Below are positions 54,848-60,110 of a stretch of 60,110 bases of DNA, one piece after another. Where the stretch lies: positions 1 to 60,110 of the IMG/VR virus record IMGVR_UViG_3300014656_000003. One strand, 5' to 3'. The notes beneath the pieces were generated by a model that saw only the letters and a program-made list of their open reading frames with translations, searched no databases and was not told where the DNA came from. The stretch's first letter is position 1. Every line of letters starts with the position of its first letter. The stretch is from a virus. Taxonomy: Duplodnaviria > Caudoviricetes. Made by a program: the position numbers and the translations under genes.

Positions 54848-55858
54848 CTACAGCCTGCGAGATTCCAGGGCATCTTCGACTGCGTCGTTCAGCGTGACCT
54901 TGCCGCCGCCTTCCGGTTCCTTTGCCAGGGGCGAGGTGATTGTCGCCCTCCCCATGGGCATTCCTCTTTTCTGGTGATTGAGGGCGTTATTGGCCGCAGC
55001 CGGTCCCGTGAATTTCGCCTGATAGGTTTTCGTTTCTTCGATGGCCCAGCCAACCTGGTCATCGAATGCCAATTTATTGCCCGTGCCGTCTTCCCTGGGG
55101 GCAACCGCACAGGTACGGATAAAGAACTCGTCTTTCGGGTCGATGCCGGCGTCCTCGGCCATCTTCTGGACACGGTCCCAGGCATCCTCACTTTCGTCTC
55201 CCGTCGGTTTTTCAGCGGGTGGTGTCGTCGCTGCCTTTACTGTTGTCTGCGGCGATGCGGCCGCGGTTGATGCCCTTGTAAAACCGGCGATGGCCATGTC
55301 TTTTTTGGCCCAGATATCCGATACGGCGTCTTGATAGGCGCCGTTATCTTCAAAATCATCCGGGTCAAGGACATCGATGGCGTCCAGGGCTTCGCGGTTC
55401 GCCTTCTTTGAAAACCCGAAAATATCGTCGCCAAACTTTTTCTTTTCCGCTTCAGCGGCCTCGGCGACATTCCTTTCGATCTGCTTGCCTTTAAGCTCGG
55501 TGAGTTCGGTCTCGATCCTCGTGGTCTTGCCCTGGAGCTCCTTGTACCCCTTCTCGGCCTCCTCGTGGCTCTTGAACCTCAACCCCGCATCTCCGGCTCC
55601 CGGACTTTCATCGGTTTTTATCTTCTTTTCCGTGCCGCCCTCCTCGGAGGGGTCGCCCGTCTTTTTACCCACGGTCTCCTCGTCTTCTCCCGTCCCGGGA
55701 TCCGGTACGGAGATTTGGGAGGTATCCGGGGAAATGCCGGCGGCTTCCGCCAACTGGCCTTCAAATTTTGTCATGCCTTCCTGCATAACTGCGTCCAGAT
55801 CGAATGCGTTCTCGTCCGGGACGATAACGACCTGGTCTATTCCTGTTTTTGGTGCCAT
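54848..55858 (-). CDS. Capsid scaffolding protein
   Basis: Acidic N-terminus, FKSHEEAEKGYKELQ coiled coil; between portal and capsid. Confidence 0.75.
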   Translation of the reverse strand: MAPKTGIDQVVIVPDENAFDLDAVMQEGMTKFEGQLAEAAGISPDTSQISVPDPGTGEDEETVGKKTGDPSEEGGTEKKIKTDESPGAGDAGLRFKSHEEAEKGYKELQGKTTRIETELTELKGKQIERNVAEAAEAEKKKFGDDIFGFSKKANREALDAIDVLDPDDFEDNGAYQDAVSDIWAKKDMAIAGFTRASTAAASPQTTVKAATTPPAEKPTGDESEDAWDRVQKMAEDAGIDPKDEFFIRTCAVAPREDGTGNKLAFDDQVGWAIEETKTYQAKFTGPAAANNALNHQKRGMPMGRATITSPLAKEPEGGGKVTLNDAVEDALESRRL

Positions 55859-55956
55859 AACGCCTCCTTTAGCGTGGTCCCTTGGCCTTTTATCGCTTTG
55901 CTATGCGCCATGCTCTCTGCGCCATGCGTCTAAAGGTCCCGGGGGCTCCGGTTGGA

Positions 55957-56277
55957 TTATGTGTTCTTAAAGGACCGCTGATACAGAGCGTCAACGGCAT
56001 TCCTGGCCTGGCTCTCCTTGACGCCCAATGTAAAAAGCAGTTCCGTTAATTCTTTTGAAGCGGCATCCCCAGCTACAAGCTGCTCGATCCGCACTTGTAA
56101 TCGTTTCTTGATTAAAACAATGATCGCCTGTCCGGCATCGGATTCCACGATGCCCAGATACTTTGTTTTTTCCCGCAGGTGGAATTCTTCCGCGCCCGCT
56201 TTTTCGGCGGCCTTCGTCAGCTCGGCATCGCTCTTCAGTTCGAATGTGGTAATATCAACGTCCGGTCCCTTTTCCAT
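55957..56277 (-). CDS. Small helical protein following the portal
   Basis: TAATG coupling to the portal stop. Confidence 0.65.
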   Translation of the reverse strand: MEKGPDVDITTFELKSDAELTKAAEKAGAEEFHLREKTKYLGIVESDAGQAIIVLIKKRLQVRIEQLVAGDAASKELTELLFTLGVKESQARNAVDALYQRSFKNT

Positions 56278-58220
56278 TATTCCCCTCCGCCCTCAAGTGC
56301 CATGATCCTTTCGGTGATCCCGGCTATGTCTCCGCCGGTCTCGGCCTCTATCTTGCCTAACTTCTCGATGAGCTCCGTGATTCCCATGGCCTCCTGGAGC
56401 TCCGCTAACTTCTCGGCCGCCTCTTGCTGCTTTGCCGCGGCAAGACGTTCCTGAAGATTTATTACCTTCGCCTCCTCATCGGTCGGGATGATCCCCTCGT
56501 CTTTGATATTTATCCGGCCCTCGATGGCCTTGAGCACGCGGAATTTATTGATATAGGGCGCATAGCCCGGGACGTTGGACAGCGGAATGATGGTCTCCTT
56601 GATGCCGGCAAGGGTCTCGTTGTCTCTCATGAGCGCCTGAATTCCGCTGACGTGAAAGGACTCCTCGAGTTCGGGCACGCCCGTAACCCCGTTTTCTTTT
56701 CCCGTGTCGGGACTGAGGCCGTATTGCTTCAGCTCCTCTTCAGTGAACGCGGCTTCATAGTCGCTGTAGCCCGCCATTTCCTTGACGACCTTGGCGGCGA
56801 GGCTGATGACCTGTATGGCCCCTTCTTCCACGTTCTCGCCCATGAGCCCGAAGACGGCGAGTGCCTGATCCAGGTCCATGGCGGCGAGGCGAAAGGGTTC
56901 CTGTTTCCGCCAGCCCGGCAATCCCTGTACACGGCTGGTCACAAAACTTCCCCGATCGAACATCTGGTCATAGTGCTGCATGTTGGCCAGGATATCGCTC
57001 GTTCGGCTCCGGCGCTGCTCGAGCCGGACGGCCTGCTGTCCGTGGGCCGTCTCTCGAGTGAGGATGTCCTTGCCCGGAAAGATTTTTACGTCCTCCGGGT
57101 CGTCCAGGGCGGATAGATTGATTTCTCGGGGCGGATTCACGATCCAGTGGATATAATCCTGGTGGAGGCAGAGAATATTGTTCATGGCTTCCCAGAGGCT
57201 GAGGACTCCCTCCAGGAGTCCGCGGCCGTCGTGACGGAGCAGGTGGGGCATGGGCGAAAAAGAAATTCCCGGCCATCGATACCCGCCCGTTGCAGCCATG
57301 GGAAGCTGTATCACCCGGTTGGCCGCTATGGTATAGGTTGCGTTATCGAGCAGTAACTCGCCGCCCGGGCTCAGTACCTGCCCCCAGAACTCGCTCGAAA
57401 GAATCGATTTCCTGAAGGCGGACCGCTCGACGATCATCTGCTTCCGGGCCGCGATCGCCTCTTTGGTCATAAGGGGATTTTCCGGGTCCGCGGAGCCCGC
57501 TTCCTTGACCCTGGCGACATTAAAATATCTGCCGTTCGCCTCACCCTCCTGGAGCACGTGATAGTCCAGCCACTCCTGATGTATCCAGTACATGCCCGAC
57601 TGGGGCTCACGCGAAATGGCGTCAGGATCTCTATGGATCTTCCAGGGCTCAACCAGCGCGAACTCCAGGCCCTTGCCCGGGACATATCTGGGAATGATCT
57701 CCTGGCTGGTCCCGACGGCCAGCGCCATGCAGACGGCGTCCGCGAATCGGAGCACGAAGTTGCCCCTGGGTTTTTCGAACTGGAAGTCCATCTCTTTCTT
57801 CCAGAACTCTCCGTTTTGCTTGTTTTTGGGATTCTCGATGGTCAGAAAGTTGGGGCTGAACGCCTTTTTTATTGCGCTGGCCCCGAACTGTACGGTCTGG
57901 TGGGGTTTAGGGATAATAGTCCTGGCCTGCCAGTCTTCCTTATCCACCCACGACATGGGTTCGTTTTCCTCGTATGCGTTCCAACAAAGCGCCTGTATCC
58001 GGCGGATGTTCCTGTGCGCCTGAACGCTCTGTTTTATGCAGTCCATGACGTAATCGACGAAGTGCTGCTCGCTTTCACCGACATAGGCCTGTGCCGCCGC
58101 TTCCCGTTCCGCGAGCTCCTGCTCATCGGGCGTGGCTTTGACAGGGGCGGTCTCGATTTCCCGCCGGCGCCGGATCAGCTCGAGCTGCGCGTCATTCTCT
58201 GTGGTCGGTAATGTCGCCAT
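56277..58220 (-). CDS. Portal protein (P22-like position and size)
   Basis: 647 aa between terL and scaffold; C-terminal coiled coil; identification is mainly positional. Confidence 0.75.
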   Translation of the reverse strand: MATLPTTENDAQLELIRRRREIETAPVKATPDEQELAEREAAAQAYVGESEQHFVDYVMDCIKQSVQAHRNIRRIQALCWNAYEENEPMSWVDKEDWQARTIIPKPHQTVQFGASAIKKAFSPNFLTIENPKNKQNGEFWKKEMDFQFEKPRGNFVLRFADAVCMALAVGTSQEIIPRYVPGKGLEFALVEPWKIHRDPDAISREPQSGMYWIHQEWLDYHVLQEGEANGRYFNVARVKEAGSADPENPLMTKEAIAARKQMIVERSAFRKSILSSEFWGQVLSPGGELLLDNATYTIAANRVIQLPMAATGGYRWPGISFSPMPHLLRHDGRGLLEGVLSLWEAMNNILCLHQDYIHWIVNPPREINLSALDDPEDVKIFPGKDILTRETAHGQQAVRLEQRRSRTSDILANMQHYDQMFDRGSFVTSRVQGLPGWRKQEPFRLAAMDLDQALAVFGLMGENVEEGAIQVISLAAKVVKEMAGYSDYEAAFTEEELKQYGLSPDTGKENGVTGVPELEESFHVSGIQALMRDNETLAGIKETIIPLSNVPGYAPYINKFRVLKAIEGRINIKDEGIIPTDEEAKVINLQERLAAAKQQEAAEKLAELQEAMGITELIEKLGKIEAETGGDIAGITERIMALEGGGE

Positions 58221-58607
58221 CTATACCCTCGCTCCGGCTGAGTCGGGAAAAATCCGGGCGAAATTTTTGTTGAACACGGTCTGCCTTGACACACGCGGTG
58301 TCTTTCCCCGCGTGATCACCTTAACCCCGAACCGGGACAGCCGCTCCGACTCCCCGTCTCCCTTGAATCGGATCTTTCGGATATTCCTGAGAAATTCCGG
58401 GGTATTCACCGTCCGTAGGTCCCCGTGGTCCATCTTGCAGTCATGATGGCAGCCGTTCGGGTCCGGCTCTCCGCTGTGGCCTTTTTCCGGGAAGGTCTCG
58501 TTCCCGCACTTGGTGCACTTGAAGATCTCCTCGTTGTAGTCCCCGTAAGGACCTCCCGTCTCCATCTCCCAGTGTCGCTTGAATTTACTCAACTTCTCCT
58601 CCCTCAA
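58221..58607 (-). CDS. Cys-containing hypothetical protein
   Basis: CTKCG; between terL and portal. Confidence 0.6.
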   Translation of the reverse strand: MREEKLSKFKRHWEMETGGPYGDYNEEIFKCTKCGNETFPEKGHSGEPDPNGCHHDCKMDHGDLRTVNTPEFLRNIRKIRFKGDGESERLSRFGVKVITRGKTPRVSRQTVFNKNFARIFPDSAGARV

Positions 58608-58643
58608 TCCCTTGCCGCGGCGTAGCCTTCAGGCGAAGCCGGG

Positions 58644-60110
58644 TCACCCGGGTACCCCGAATCCCGTTGTAATATTCATCCCCGCTGCAGGACGACGGCT
58701 GTAGTTTCCGCCGCCGTAGCTCCGTGCCCGCTTCCTCTGGGCCTCGACGAGCTTTTTATAGTCGCTCGTTTTTTGCTCTTTATAGGGCATCAACACACAA
58801 ATCCCGTTTGCAAAGGCGTCCCCGACGTGGCTGTGTATGTTTTTCACCGGCAAGCTCCCCGTAATATTGCCGTTAACATCGACCTTGTAGTGCCACCCGC
58901 CCCTGAGCGACCGGTTGAGTTTGGTCGCGGATCTCGATAGGATGATGGAGGGGATCCCGCCGTTGAGGAGAGACTTGAAGCACCGGCTGATGGACTGGGT
59001 CATGCTGTGCCAGTGTGCCGGCCCTCCCTCGAACCGGGCGTCGTATTTCTTCCCTATGATCGTGGCTGTGCTTCGCCTGGACGTGCTCTGGTTCGGATTG
59101 AGCATGGTTCGATCCCCGATAATTCGCCAGGACGTAGCCTTATTCTTGTATTTAGGGGTATTGAGGAGGATATCGAGGTGTTCTTCCATGATCTCCTCCG
59201 GCCCTTTGCCCGGCTCGTGTAAAACGTCGTGGATGACGAGCTGGCCCTGGGGGGTGTACTGTGCCAGGATGCAGCTCGCATTCGTCCAGCTATCCCACAT
59301 CGCGATGAGCTGGCCCTTAAAAACAGGCAGGATCTTTTTTGAAAAATGAACCTGTGGAGAATACCCCGGGATCACCGGCCGGCCTTCGCTTACCGTGGCC
59401 GTCTCGCCCAGGACATATCTCTGATACTTCGCCTCATCTCCCTTAAAGGCAGCCATGTTGGCCGCCCTGGCAATGGGGCTCAGGTATTTGTTCTCTCCCC
59501 TGGGGATCCAAAAGGTGTCCTTGGTAATGGTGACCCACTCGCCCGTACCGGGGTCCTGCATCGTCAGGTAATCGTGGGGTTCGTCGGCGAGCTCCGCCGT
59601 CCAGTGCTCGTCGTCCGACGGATTCTGTGAAATCTGGACCCGCGGGACCGTATCTCTCTGCCGGGCCGCCCTGGCCAGCGCCATCCGGAAGACGCCGATA
59701 GGGAGTCCCGCGTTGGTCTTTTCATAGATCGGTGCAGGCTCCTCGAGCCAGACCAAGGCGTACTGTGGACCCTGGAGTTTGGATATGGCCCGCTCGTCGT
59801 CGATCCCGAAAAGGTCGAGGGATACCTTGGGTTTACTATTGATGACGATCTGCTTTCCGCCGTCCCTGAGAGTCATCCATCCATCCGCGAAATACTCCTG
59901 GAGGTCAGGCAGGGTAGAAGTCTTTATGTTCTGGAAGGTATCCCGGATCAATGCGGACCGGATATCGCACTCGCATCGCTGGGCGTGAGCCGCTAAGCCG
60001 ACGGCCCCCGCGTAGGTATTATGCGTAACCGTAAAATCTCCGAGGAGAAAACGATGATTGCCATCCAATACAAAGCCGAAATATTCGCCTTCTCCAATAT
60101 GAACGATCTC
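58644..60110 (-). CDS. terL: Terminase large subunit, 3' part
   Basis: After intein: TYAG...LIRDTFQNI, Walker B VWLEE, SQNP coupling motif; nuclease MWD, IIGD, SHVGDAF. Confidence 0.93.
   Translation of the reverse strand, partial: EIVHIGEGEYFGFVLDGNHRFLLGDFTVTHNTYAGAVGLAAHAQRCECDIRSALIRDTFQNIKTSTLPDLQEYFADGWMTLRDGGKQIVINSKPKVSLDLFGIDDERAISKLQGPQYALVWLEEPAPIYEKTNAGLPIGVFRMALARAARQRDTVPRVQISQNPSDDEHWTAELADEPHDYLTMQDPGTGEWVTITKDTFWIPRGENKYLSPIARAANMAAFKGDEAKYQRYVLGETATVSEGRPVIPGYSPQVHFSKKILPVFKGQLIAMWDSWTNASCILAQYTPQGQLVIHDVLHEPGKGPEEIMEEHLDILLNTPKYKNKATSWRIIGDRTMLNPNQSTSRRSTATIIGKKYDARFEGGPAHWHSMTQSISRCFKSLLNGGIPSIILSRSATKLNRSLRGGWHYKVDVNGNITGSLPVKNIHSHVGDAFANGICVLMPYKEQKTSDYKKLVEAQRKRARSYGGGNYSRRPAAGMNITTGFGVPG
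59988..60110. repeat. Terminal direct repeat, copy 2
   Basis: Identical to 1-123. Confidence 0.97.

Noticed and set aside
59988-60110. 123-bp terminal repeat as a biological DTR
   Set aside because: It falls in the middle of terL and the intein; best explained as assembler overlap of a circular contig.

Overview
The window is a complete, circularly permuted temperate phage genome of about 59,987 bp: bases 1-123 are repeated exactly at 59988-60110, and terL spans the junction. Almost all genes are on the minus strand; only the cI-like repressor and the tyrosine integrase are on plus, followed by an intact attP (3' half of tRNA-Ala(GGC)). The late module looks podovirus-like: terS, intein-bearing terL, portal, scaffold, major capsid, adaptor, nozzle, ejection proteins and a 3187-aa polyvalent protein, with no recognisable tape measure or tail tube. 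The host may be a deltaproteobacterium (Desulfobacterota), but this is inference only. Highlights: (1) an array of five attC-like sites with four complete integron-type gene cassettes in the early region and no integron integrase; (2) a primase-helicase gene interrupted by one in-frame TGA at a predicted Zn-ligand Cys, followed by a SECIS-like hairpin (candidate phage selenoprotein); (3) a DGR with 18 of 18 adenine-specific TR/VR mismatches and no avd gene, whose target and neighbours carry Sec/Tat signal peptides; (4) a full-length DnaA homologue; (5) Acb1-like 2H, PRTase, zincin, ART and intein modules in the giant protein; (6) a c4-like antisense RNA controlling the antirepressor; (7) dispersed 7/8-mer tandem arrays at gene junctions. 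All family assignments come from motif recognition by eye; no searches were run.
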